NCBI GenBank assembly: GCA_025603075.1
Contig: MU626266.1
Location: forward strand, 1-64,000
Source of the DNA: Neoconidiobolus thromboides FSU 785
Lineage: Eukaryota > Fungi > Entomophthoromycota
DNA: 64,000 bases
Direction: 5' to 3'
The translations under genes were made by a program, and so were the position numbers. The notes below the pieces were generated by a model. That model was not told the DNA's origin, did no database searches, and saw only the letters and a program-made list of their open reading frames with translations. Shown one piece after another: positions 1 through 12,100 of the stretch. Each line of letters begins with the position of its first letter. The stretch's first letter is position 1.

Positions 1-620
1 TTTACTAGACAGTTGGCATAAAAATCAAACATTTTAGAGTAATATTCATCATTCGATGTAAGATAACATCCGTTGAATTCACTGTATCCAAGTGAACCAT
101 TTGCTAAATAAACTTTTTAGTATTAGTTATATATTTATAATAGTAATGTACCAAGTGGCGGGATAGTAACTAAGAGAGTGAGTAAAATTGAGCAAACATA
201 ATACCCTGCTTCAATTTTTTTTGTTATTTCAACACCATGAATAAATACTAGCTGTAAATTGATTCCGATAGCAACGTTAAGAAGAGCATAAAAAAAGGGA
301 AATGCTAATGATTGATATGCAATAGTTATACATAAAGGAGATCCTTCATAATCATTATTTCTAACCCATAATAGAAAAGAGTGTGACCAAATGTCATAAC
401 ATGAAATAACGGTTTGTAATCTAAGAGTCACTCTGTTTACCAACTTATAATCATATATAGCTATTAAAATAAGTTAAAAATACACTTGAAATGATGTTTG
501 TAATTTATTACTTAAAGCAATCATAACCACTACAACTATGGTAGCTAAAGTCAACGAAACTTTCGATATCACCGGATGAACTTCATCCATTATATAATTT
601 TCATACGAAGCAGCGTCCAT
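1..620 (-). CDS. 7TM GPCR-like protein (Git3/cAMP-receptor-like), 3' end runs off the window edge
   Basis: ATG at 620 (MDAASYENY...). Two GT-AG introns give ...MIALTIYDYKLVNRVTLRLQTVISCYDIWSHSF...CITIAYQSLAFPFFYALLNVAIGINLQLVF...PPLANGSLGYSEFNGCYL. Hydrophobic helices with Cys at the start of TM3. Confidence 0.6.
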
Positions 621-2178
621 TCTATTTTATAAATCAGTTAGCATCCAGCTTCTAAAGTTTAAGCTATGAGTACTATTTATATACATAAACATTTATTATT
701 ATAATACTTGTTTTACAAGCATTATATTCTTAAATCTTTATATATTATTTTAGGAACATTTTGAATAATGTATGAACTATTGTGGCTTCGGATTTAGAAT
801 ACTATATTCCTTGACTCTTATATAATCTTAAATACTTATCAAAATAGATTCCAGTTGCAATGAAATTTGATTAATTATAACGTTTCTGCTAATCTAGAGT
901 ATATAACAAAGATAAATAGTGTTGATACACTTTGTGGCTACTCAATTCGTTTATTATAAATTAACGAGCTTTTGAATTCTGTGTCATGATAGAATTCAAC
1001 AAACTTTTTCTACCCTAACGATATCATAAGTTTATCCTTTTGATATTGAATTATATATAATAAGAACTAAAAATAGTACTTATATTGGTTTTAAATATGC
1101 CAGAGTTAATTAAGGCTTATGAGATATAAATATTTGCCATAGTTTATGACATAGTTCTTATCTCAAAGCTTCTATTTAAAATATAAAGTTATGAAAAGTA
1201 TCAAACTCTAAAATCAAAATTAAATAGGAAATCTAGTATCGTAGAATTTTTTAACTCTTATTGTCTAAAATTTGTAAATATTAGTTGGCAGTTAATAGTT
1301 CATTTTCAAAGGCTAGGTATTTTTTTTAGGAGTTTAGTATCAAAAATAGGAATGTGTTTTATGCTTAACCACTTCTACTATATTTGCAATGTAAGTTTGA
1401 AAATGTATTAGTTAAATATGGAAACGGAAACACGTTGTTATATAGACTTGTGGATTAAGAACGTTAAAGAAACTGAGTAAAGGCTTTTGTTTCCAAAGCT
1501 CCAGAGATATCATATTTTTAATTTTCGAATATCAATTCTCGACTACTTTTTTGATTTAGGAATTGCTTGCTAAGTATATGATATATTTACTTACTATATA
1601 TAATAATATACTACTTAGCTTAAGTAATTCACATGCTAAATATATTCATTTTATCCACTCTTCTGTTCTATGATGCCATATATTGATAATTTAGAATTTG
1701 ATGTTATTGGTCATTTAGATTGCTCTATTGCAGCACAAAGTATTTCTATTTTAAATTATATGCAAGAATAAGCCACATAACTAAAAACTTATTGTTTTAC
1801 GATATTGAGCTATATCAGAAAGGTATTTCATAAAATATAGTTTAATCCAATATCACTCCAAAGCTATCAATAATGATTGATGTAAACACTACTCATATTT
1901 AATTCCTTAATATGTTATCAAATATTATATATTAAGTAAATACAATATTCTCTAAAAATTACAAAATAAATGTATTTTCTAAACAGAAAATCCGATAAGT
2001 AATGTTATTCATTACTAATGTACAGTGTTAGTAAAAATTTCCATAGCACTTATAAATTTAATGCTATTCACTAACTCAAAACTTTTACTCATTTTAGATT
2101 AGAGTAATTTCTACGGCTTTTTTATACTATTTGTTATGTTAAAAATTATTAAAGGGTACAAAATAAAACGTGTCCTCC

Positions 2179-2359
2179 TATTAATCCAAAAACTGAAATA
2201 ATGGAATTCCAGCTGAGATAAAACCCTTCAGTTTGAAACATCATAGGTTCAAACCTCGTTGCCTTGAAAATGAAATTACATAATTTACAAGCTATAATAT
2301 TTCAAACTAAAGGATTTTATTTCAACTGGAATTCCACTATTCCGATTTTTGGATTAATA
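2179..2359. mobile_element. Foldback/MITE-like element with 68-bp imperfect inverted arms
   Basis: 2179-2246 is the reverse complement of 2292-2359 at 58/68 positions, with a 45-nt spacer. Ends read TATTAATCC...GGATTAATA, a possible TA target duplication. Confidence 0.75.
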
Positions 2360-3231
2360 AGATTAAACCAAATTTGAGAAAAATTAATTAATATTTGAAG
2401 TTAATCAAATATTCTCATTCAAAAGCCAGTTTTAATTCACACTAAGTTATCACTTAACCTGGATTCTCCCATCACAGGGTTTTTCATCCATGACTGTGGA
2501 TCCTTGATTGCAAATAATTTGTCTACTGCCTTTATTACTTTAACAATAAATCCAATCATATTGGCTTACCTTCCCCTTCTTTACTCTTTAGCCTTATTCT
2601 TTCGGCTATAAAGCTCGGATTTTGCCTTTATTTAAAGACTCATGTTCCTTTGTCTATACTTCACATTGATTGTGGTTTTTTAACCCCTTCATAATAAAAT
2701 ACTATAAGATTTCCATTGAATTTAAAAAATAGTTCCAACCTCTTGAAATCAGGATTTATAATGAGAGAAAAATACCAAGTTGAAATTTATTCTCTCTGGT
2801 ATCGCAGGCAAGTTAGGAGAATCCTAATTCTTTTGGATCAAAGTTTAATTATGATGAGTTAGACTTATCAAACTTTACCTGGTAAATAAAAAATTTTGCT
2901 CTGATAAATTTTGAAAAACAAGTTCCAAAGGTTAAAACATGAGTTTGAAAAAAGAGTATTTTTTAAATCATTTTCATAAAAATAACAATGACAGGTACCA
3001 GTAAACGTAATATCCAGCTGAAAATCACACATCCTGCTGTAAAAGTAATTAATTAAAAGATAAAAGGCTAGAAAAACAAAGCATTTTAACATTAATAGAT
3101 TTGAATAAATTATTAATCTAATCTAATAGACTATCTGACTTTATTTATGGTTTGAATTACTTAAAGCATGTAGACATAATAATTCCAACTTTTATTTTAT
3201 TTTTGTTTTATTTTTATTTGAACTGTATGAT

Positions 3232-3660
3232 TTATTTACCAATTGTTACACTCATACCTTTTACAGTTTTAACATACGGTCTTTCAAGTGCTTCGGTACC
3301 ATTATCATTAATTTTATGACTATGGCTAAATATTTCAGCGCTATGATAATGGTTACTTATATATAATGGATTGATTGGTTTGATAACTATTAGCCCAGTA
3401 ATCATATTTGATGGTCCCTCTTTTTTTGATTTGTATTTATAAAATATAAATACTATAAACTCAGATAATAAGATCACCCTGCCTATTCCCCCAATGATAC
3501 TTCCAATCAATAAAATATTATCATTGCTTTTTTTATTGTTGTTTCCTTCTACCCGCTTCACCCTTTTATTTTCATTTTTGTTTGTACTAAGTCTACTATT
3601 TAGTGTAGCAATACTACCTGGTTGTTCCCAAATTTATGTAACAGATATTTGAATCATATT
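3232..3660 (-). pseudogene. Fragment of a single-pass membrane protein gene
   Basis: NILLIGSIIGGIGRVILLSEFIVFIFYKYKSKK is a GxxxG TM plus basic stop-transfer segment, like the TM of the kelch gene at 43113. There is an in-frame stop upstream and no ATG start. Confidence 0.3.
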
Positions 3661-4247
3661 CGCGCTTTGATAGACAACCCCCTTGACTGTTGAAATTAAT
3701 AATACTGGAGCTGAATATATATATCAAATAACCACAATAACCTGTGAAGTATTCACCACTATATAGAGCAAATGTTTTATTTAATCTTTTTAAAATTAGT
3801 GGTTCAATTTGAGCTTCATAGACATCAAATTGGTTAATTCCTTTAAACTTGCTTTACGGAAATATAAGTTGATTTGGTTGACTTTATAGTAAGATGAGAA
3901 GATTCAGCTATAGATTAAACTTTATGTGATTTTGTTTAATTAGGTCCTAAATTTAACTCATATAAAGTATTATCCACAACTAAAGGTCTAAGTAGGGATG
4001 TTTTGTCAAAAAATACAACTGCTATCTTTGACAGATAATAACTCAGTATGGCCTTACTTTCCTTTATAGACTGCTTTCATTTAGTTTGTTTTGATGTCAA
4101 TTAATTTGTTCCTAGTTTTTGGGATTTATCATATATTTTTACAGTTATATAAAACTTATGTATATTCTTTCCATTTTTCAAAATAAAATATTCTAAATCT
4201 ATTGAACCTTTATTTATTGAAACTAACCTATTTATCAATTAATAGTT

Positions 4248-4349
4248 TGGGGATGTGTTCTTGTATTTAAGAATTTTCTAACAACTTTTCCACTCAAATA
4301 GCGCTTAAAAGGTGGAAAAAGTGATGAAGCCAAAAAAAAGCACTCCCAT
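4248..4349 (-). mobile_element. ~105-bp MITE family copy 1
   Basis: TGGGGATGT...AAATAGCGCTTAAAAGGTGGAAAAAGTGATGAAGCCAAAAAAAAGCACTCCCAT. Confidence 0.85.
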
Positions 4350-4551
4350 CTCTTTAACAATACATTTCTCATACTATTCTCTCTTTATAATATTGGAATA
4401 GCTAAAATCCAACATCATCTGTCGATAATTATTATAGAAGTTTGCTACAATTTTATCTTCAACGAAAAAGAGACTAAATTCTGACTTTTTTGGTGAATTA
4501 ATCATATTAGATAAATTCCATCCTGCAGTATCGGCAACCAATTTGACCCTA

Positions 4552-4614
4552 TTTCCACGCAAATAGTGCTTAAAGAATGGAAAAAGTAATGAAGCCAAAA
4601 AAACATCCCCATAT
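4552..4614 (-). mobile_element. MITE copy 2 (half element)
   Basis: TTTCCACGCAAATAGTGCTTAAAGAATGGAAAAAGTAATGAAGCCAAAAAAACATCCCCATAT; only one end is present. Confidence 0.8.
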
Positions 4615-4751
4615 TAAGCTTTTTAAGGCTGAATAAAAACATAAAATCTTTTTATAGCAATTGACACTAATATTCTTATAGACTTGAGTATGATATATTT
4701 AATATCTAAATAGTAAAAAATTGCTCTGTTATCTTTCTTCTTCTATTTAAC

Positions 4752-5798
4752 ATGATTAATAAAAACCCAATATATTGCTTATGTAGTATATTAAGACTAT
4801 TTAGCGCTATACTCAATATACTATTAGTCATTATATCAAGTAGAATAAGGTCATTTAATTATTTTATTAAATTAATATCGGTGGTTGCTGTAATAGAATT
4901 GTTGGCTCCATTTATAATACTAGCCGATCCAATAGCAACACTAATAAGAGGAGATGATACAATAAATGAACCTTACTTTTATCAATTCTTTGAACTTTTT
5001 ATTATATTAATTATTTTGTCTCAACCTATGTCCTCCTCCTTTTTAGTAATCGAATGTGTATTTAAGTGTCTACAATTTACATATAATTACTATTGGTGCA
5101 TTCCTAGTTTAACCTTTTTAATGGTTCGCTTTATTATGTCGCTTGTCCTAGCAATAAAATTAGAATTTGTACTGCAATCAGCTGAAATAATTTACTCAAT
5201 CTATCCTTCTCAATCTTTATTACCTTTAGTTGCTTTTTACCATTTTGTTATTCCATCAGCAGTTCACTTTGTCGTTACAAATTATTGTTATATAAAACTA
5301 GCCATTTTTACTAGTAATATCTTTGGATTTACTGCTTTAAGTTCCAACCATTTCTTCAACAATAATAGGTCCTCATTAAAATTTCAATGGAATAAAAAAC
5401 CAGTGATCTTATGAATTTATGGATTGATTGAACTGTATTATATTTGCATGTTTTTTGTCTGTATACTATATATTGCTGATTCATTCCTGGAATATAGTAA
5501 TAATATCGTCAAATTGAGACATATCTTGGACTTTACTTCCACCGTTTTGTATGCCCTAAGGATTTCCTTTGACCCATTGTTAGTGGCTACTAATAATAAC
5601 ACAGTTAATAAGGAAATGACTGAAGTAAGCGAAATCGTTTCAAATAAAAACAATAAACAGTATGGGGATGTTTTTTTGGCTTCATTACTTTTTCCATTCT
5701 TTAAGCGCTATTTGAGTGGAAAGATTGTTAGTAAAATTCTTAAACACAAAAATGCATTCCTGTATAGCAGCTGTTTTATTTTTATTTCAATTATCTAA
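4752..5798 (+). pseudogene. Class-A-like 7TM receptor paralog with an in-frame TGA and a MITE-disrupted C-terminus
   Basis: Colinear with 6686-7609. ORFs 4752-5414 and 5424-5798 share a frame, and TGA at 5412-5414 aligns with AGA (Arg) in the paralog. The MITE at 5661 replaces the tail. Confidence 0.8.
5661..5765 (+). mobile_element. MITE copy 3 (inside 7TM gene)
   Basis: TATGGGGATGTTTTTTTGGCTTCATTAC...TTAAGCGCTATTTGAGTGGAAAG...AATGCATTCCTGTAT. Confidence 0.9.
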
Positions 5799-6218
5799 TA
5801 TTTTGGTGCTTCTCATTGATAATTCTTTAAAGAGGGGACTAAAAATAAAAAATGATTCAAAAGCTATAAAATAATTCAAATGACATGAACACAATATTAA
5901 AATATCGTTACATCCCTTTTTAGATTTTTGGTATCAAAAAATAAGAATTATATTTTATTTTATCTTTTTTTATATTATGCATCAAGCTACACTATAATAT
6001 TGTGTTGTTTTTGTAGTAAATAATACAATTTTTTTTGTAAAAATCTCTAGCAACCATTTTTTATACAGAGTTATCTTAATATTGGCAACTTTTGTTTTTT
6101 ATGATATCTAATATGAAGATAGTGTAAAACATTATAAAACAGCTTAAATTGCTTAAACGTTTTTGTATTTTTGCATTTTTTATTTTTTTATAAGTTAAGA
6201 ACGTCACTAATTGGCAAA

Positions 6219-6322
6219 ATATGGGGATGTATTTCTTTCAAGAATTTTACTAACAATGTTTCCGCTCAAATAGTGCTTAAAAGGTGGAAAAAATAACGAA
6301 ACCAAAAAAATCATCCCCATAT
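6219..6322 (-). mobile_element. MITE copy 4
   Basis: ATATGGGGATGT...CATCCCCATAT termini with the family core between them. Confidence 0.9.
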
Positions 6323-6685
6323 CCCAAGAGACTTTTTACATTTTTATGCAAACTTTAAATTTTACCAACTTTATTCACAACCGTTATCCATGCAACTTTA
6401 TTTTATAGTTGTATCAATCATATTGGGCAAAACTTATATCCTATACAAATTCATACACGAATATATTTAGTTTTCAAACTTGTCATTGTTACTAAATTTT
6501 ATTATTTTTTGACTCAATTTACGAATAAAAGGCACTATAAATGTCATTTATGACTTTGTACTAAATAAAATCATAAGTTGAATTTCATAAATATAGCATT
6601 ATTGTTCTTATAATAAATTTAGTAGCTTATGATTGATATATATACCTAAAAGATGCTTTTTTGTCTTCCCTCTTTTTAACTAATA

Positions 6686-7609
6686 ATGATTAATGAAAAT
6701 CCATTAACTTATTTGTGCGCTATATTAGGGTTATTTAGTGCTATACTCAATATATTATTAGTTATAGTATCAAGTAGAATGCGACCATTTAATCCAGATA
6801 TTAAACTAATATTAATAATTGCAATAACTGAATTATTATCACCATCAATAACTTTAGTTGATCCAATACTATCTACAATAAGAGAAGATGATTCCATAAA
6901 TGAACCTCATCTTTGTCAATTTTTTGGGTTTTTTACTATGTTTATACTCTTTTCTCAATTTATATTTTCTTCTTTTTTAGCAGCAGTACGTATATCAAAG
7001 CTATTACAATATGAATTTAAGTATTATTGGTGCATCCCTAGTTTAATTTCTTTAGCTACTCATTTTATCTTATCAATTATATTGGCAATAAGATTAGAAC
7101 TAATACCCCAAACGGCCAAACTGGTTTGTCTAATCTACCCCTCTCAGTCGTTATTATCTCTAATTGCATTTTATCACTTTATTCTATCATCTATAATCCA
7201 TCTCATTATTATCGTTTGTTTTTATATAAGGTTAGCAGTATTTGCGAATAACATACCTGAGTTTACTTATTTAACTTCCAATGATAGTATCACCAGTAGT
7301 AGATCCGCATCAAAAGCACCATGGAGTAAAAAAAGGGTAGTTTTAAGAATTTATGCTTCACTTGGATTGTATTCGATTTGTATGCTTTCTGGCTGTATAT
7401 TCTATTGTGCTGATTCGTTTCTTGTATATACCAATAGTAATCTTGAGTTGGAGTATATTCTAGGCTCTATTTCAACTGTTTTATATGCTTTAGGGATCAT
7501 GTTTAATCCTTTGTTAGTTATCACTAATCATACGATTGTCAACGAGAAAATTGTTCAAGTTGGTAAAAGCATCTATAAGAGAATACGTAGTATTGTAGCC
7601 TTTAAGTAA
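6686..7609 (+). CDS. Class-A-like 7TM GPCR-like protein (307 aa, intronless)
   Basis: About seven hydrophobic segments; TM3 CQFFGFF...LAAVR; TM7 FNPLLV (NPxxY-like). Confidence 0.75.
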   Translation: MINENPLTYLCAILGLFSAILNILLVIVSSRMRPFNPDIKLILIIAITELLSPSITLVDPILSTIREDDSINEPHLCQFFGFFTMFILFSQFIFSSFLAAVRISKLLQYEFKYYWCIPSLISLATHFILSIILAIRLELIPQTAKLVCLIYPSQSLLSLIAFYHFILSSIIHLIIIVCFYIRLAVFANNIPEFTYLTSNDSITSSRSASKAPWSKKRVVLRIYASLGLYSICMLSGCIFYCADSFLVYTNSNLELEYILGSISTVLYALGIMFNPLLVITNHTIVNEKIVQVGKSIYKRIRSIVAFK

Positions 7610-8178
7610 TTTTAATCCTATCTATCAATGTCTGTTAACCACAAAAATAAAATTGAATATTTAATATATTTATAGACATTTGGTTTAGTTAACGTCATTT
7701 TATTGTATGATTATAGTAAACTTTGATTAAAATTTATGATTTTATATTTAATAAATTAATTTCTAATTAAAAACTATTGAGCTATAGGTAACAATATTAT
7801 GATTATTGGCTAATTTTTTTCATATGATGTTCTTAATACTTGAAGATGAGATTTTACCAAATATATTTAATAAAAATTAACAAAGGTCAACTTGAAAATT
7901 TTATTTTAGTTTTATAATTTCATGGCTGAAGGTGCTGGCTGAGTAGGTAGTTTTCTTTCCACTAAGAAAAAATTATATTTTATTCAAATTTAAACAATGA
8001 CTATTTAGGATTAAGGAATAGACATTATATATATTTAATAAGGTTAAGTTAGGGAAACTAGAATTAATATTAGTGTTTATGTTTAATAACTTTAATCAGT
8101 GGTTTGTTCGATAAAAACTATTATTACAAAAAAACTGCCACCTATCTAACCAGTACCTTCTTATCACAAGTGCTTTCG

Positions 8179-8221
8179 AAATTGACCTAAATGGGACTAT
8201 TTAGCCCATTTAGGTCAATTT
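8179..8221. repeat. Perfect 17-bp inverted repeat with a 9-nt loop
   Basis: AAATTGACCTAAATGGG-ACTATTTAG-CCCATTTAGGTCAATTT. Confidence 0.9.
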
Positions 8222-8508
8222 TTTTAGATAGTATCTCTTGATTAAAAAATACTAACTAATAATAATATGAAAAATCTATCAGTAAAGCTAGATACATTGC
8301 ATTTATGGTACTCAGATTTATGTACTAAAACAAAGTTTCTATCGCTATATATCTGTATTAAATTAAGCCTCATCTGTCAAGGTCACTAGTTAAATCGTCT
8401 AGTTTTCGAAGTCTGATCCCATCATAGGATAGGATTTAACAGAAGGTCAATACATTTTGGAGAATAACATAAAGAAAACGAATATCAAAGTTACTAACAA
8501 TTTTAATT

Positions 8509-8611
8509 ATATGGAGATGTATTTTTTTATTTAAGGATTTTGCCAACAATCCTTCCGCTCAAACAGCGCTTAAAAATGAAAAAAGTAATGAAGACAAAAA
8601 ACATCCCCATA
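8509..8611 (-). mobile_element. MITE copy 5
   Basis: ATATGGAGATGT...CAGCGCTTAAAAATG...ACATCCCCATA. Confidence 0.9.
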
Positions 8612-9184
8612 CATTAAATACAAATACTAAATGTAGTAAATTAACATATTTTGTACTCATAGAAGGTATATGATCGATTGGATCTCTCTGGGACTTTTGA
8701 TTATCAATGCTAATTTGATTTATTTGCTGAGATAAACTGTTTTTAAGCCTTATCAATTACATTAGTTAATATAGTCTAAAGTGTTCTAGCTACCTTGTAT
8801 TTATTTGGGAAGACTTCAAAACTTCCCATTATCATTAGCCGAGCATTGAGCTTACAACGCCTTACTCTATAGTGAATCATCAGTTGGTACGCCACTGGCC
8901 TTGTCAATCTCGAAGTTCCTGTGAGTCAAATATATGGTTCTACCACCCACCTTACTCAAATGTTAATAAACTTTTAAAAGCAAATGCAAAACTTTCTTTT
9001 TGCAAATAGAGAGTTTGCAAAAAAAACCTCAACCTCAATCCTTGATGACGAAACCAACGAAATGATTTTGACCAAAAATATAACAAAACGATTAAACTTC
9101 AATTTTCTACAAAAATCAATATTTTTAACTCTAAAACAAACGTATTATTTTAATAAAAAGTTAACAACAACCAAAAATAAAGTT

Positions 9185-12100
9185 ATGAACTTCAATTTAT
9201 CCCAATCTTCAGGAAGCGTTAGTGAACCCACTAAACCATTGGAAAAATTAAATAAAGGAGAACTAGTACCTAAAGAAGTAAGGATAGGTTTTGATTAAAT
9301 TTAGATAACTGAAACTGATGTTTAATACCCTCTTATCCAATCATATAGGAAACTCAAGTAGTTAACTTTTTAAAGAAGTATCCTAATTTTGATGGGCGTA
9401 ATACGGTAGTGGCTATCTTAGATACTGGTAAATTATTTATTCACTATTTAAAAAATACAAAATTTAGTATTAATTTTTAATCTAATAGGTGTTGACCCAG
9501 GTGCAGCTGGTTTACAAGTAGACCTATAATTCCTTTAATATTATATTGTCACTAACTATCCAAACTTGTAGGTAACTTCTGAAGGTAAACCCAAGATCAT
9601 TGACATCATTGATTGCACTGGTAGTGGTGATGTTAAAATCAGCGAAACACCAGTTAAGTTAACTAGTGATAATGATAACAATAAAAAGTATATCACCGGT
9701 TTAACTGGACGTAAATTATATCTTAATCCAAAATGGAAGAACCCAACGGAAGAATACTTTTTGGGTATTAAAGCAATTAAAGAACTCTATCCGGGAGATG
9801 TAGAAAGTAGAGTCTCTAAGGTAAATAATTGTTTTTTTAAATAAAGGCATTTTATTAATAAGAATTTATTCCAGTCAAGAGCAAAGAAACAAGGAGAAGA
9901 CAATGCATCCTTAGTAGAGAAAGTAAAGACCGAATTAGCTGAGTTGAAAAATGGTGTTAGTAAAGAAGAGAGCACTAAAGATAGGATCAAAGAGTTAGAA
10001 GCTCAAGATGAAGTACTTAATACTTTAATGACTCAATTTAAAAGAGAGAATAATACCATGTTAGATGTAATTGTATTTAGTGATGGGGAAAATTATCGTG
10101 TAGCAGTTGATTGGGATCAAAATGGAGACTTATCAGGTAATAACATTCAAGTTAGTTAATTAATTCAATACTAATGATTTCTAATATAGAATCCCAAGCA
10201 TTATTAGATTATTCTATTAATAGAGAATACTGGAAATTAAACTATAAAAAATTTCCCTATGAATTATTAAATATTAATGTTAAAATTTATGCCAATGGTA
10301 AATTGATTTCTTTAGTATCTTCCGCTGGTACCCATGCTACTCATGTAGCTGGTATCTTAGCTTCACACCATCCAGAGGATATTTCTTTAGATGGTGTTGC
10401 TCCTGGTGCACAGATTGTTTCTTTGAAAATAGGAGATACTCGATTAGGTTCTATGGAAACTCAACTTGGGTTAACTCGAGCCATCTCAGCTATGGTACAA
10501 CATAAATGCGACTTAGCTAATATGAGTTATGGAGAGGCTAGTAAATTACCCAATCAAGGACGATTTATTCATTGGTTAAGTCAAGAAATTATCCGTCGAT
10601 ACAATTGTATCTTTATCTCTTCAGCAGGTAATGAAGGACCAGCCCTATCTACTGCTGGCTCACCTGGTGGTACATCAGATGACGTTATTGGTGTTGGTGC
10701 TTATGTTAATCATTCTATGATGAAAACGGATTATTCTGCATTAGAATATGGACCTGAAATGGCTTATTCTTGGAGTTCTAGAGGGCCTACTACGGATGGT
10801 GATTCAAGTGTTGACATTTATGCACCAGGTGGTGCTATTACCAGTGTACCAACTTATATACTTTATAAAACCCAATTAATGAATGGAACTTCTATGTCAT
10901 CACCCAATTTAGCAGGTTGTATTTCATTATTAGTATCTGCAATGAAACAAGAGAATTTAATTTATACCACTTATCGCATTCAACATGCTATTAAAAATAC
11001 AGCAAAGTCCTTCCCATTAAGAGATTGTCATGACAAAGTATCTAAAACTGGAATTATTCAAGTTGAAAAAGCATGGGACTATTTGAATTGTTTTAAAGAA
11101 GAAGCTGATTTAGATACTAAACCATTAATTACAATTACCAACCATAATAATCGCAGGGGTATTTATTTAAGAGAAAAAGATGAAACTCAAGCTCCTTTCT
11201 TTGCTAATGTTTCTGTAGCTCCTAAATTTATGAACGAAAATTCAGTTGTATTTGGAGAAGATATTAATGTTAAAAAATATGATTTTCAACTATATTTATC
11301 CCTTTCTACTAATGATAGTTTTATCAAGATACCTGATGTTATTGCTTATAATAATGGAGGTAAAAATTTTACTTTTAAAGTAGATCCTACCCATTTAGAA
11401 CCTGGCCATGTGTATCATGGGGAAGTACAGGTAATTTATTGTTTATAGTGTAGTTTATTAATTAATTAATTTTATTTTATTAAGGGATGGGATTCGAACA
11501 ATTTTAATAAAGGGGCTATATTAAAAATACCAGTTACAATAATTAAACCAATTATATTACAAACACCAATATTTAAATTAGATAATTTCAAGGTAAGCCC
11601 AGGATCAATATTACGTCGATTTATTTCAGTGCCAGACGAAGCTACCTATTGCGAGATGAAAATAACCACAGCTTCTTCTTCTAATAATCCAGTTAGAATG
11701 TATGCTCATATGGTCCAATTAGTACCTAATGAAAGATTTAGTGAATACGAACATCAATATATGTTGTCATTTGATCCTAATTCAAATGAAAATTTAGATA
11801 TGAATGGTACACAAACAGAAAAAAGAACATTTAAAGTAATTGGTGGACGTACAATTGAAATTTGCTTAGTTCAATTCTGGGCTAACGTTGGAAATCAACA
11901 ATTCAGCATTGAATTTAATTTCCATGGAATTAAATTATTACCATATAATAATATATCAAATAATACTCCATTGATTTTAGATTCAAATACTAATCACAAA
12001 TTAGAATTAATATCAACATTAAGAAATGAAACTAAAGTTAAATTAAATGGCAATTTAGATACTTTATTAAAATATATAGCTCCAATCAATTTCAAATTAA

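Noticed and set aside
2246-2256. GGTTCAAACC B-box in the foldback spacer as a tRNA or SINE
   Set aside because: There is no A-box, cloverleaf or acceptor stem, and a single short match is expected by chance.
4374-4598. ORF-track entries 4374-4598, 8559-8756 and 15245-15532
   Set aside because: They are largely read-throughs of MITE sequence (ASLLFPFFK.. and related frames), not independent genes.
8780-8930. RNase P RNA (GGAACTTCGAGA on the minus strand resembles CR-I)
   Set aside because: The expected P4 pairing partner near the 3' end is not complementary.
8984-9184. Upstream extension of the TPP2 first exon (ORF 8984-9298)
   Set aside because: The TPP2-like sequence begins after the ATG at 9185. 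The upstream part is A-rich promoter or 5' UTR-like sequence.
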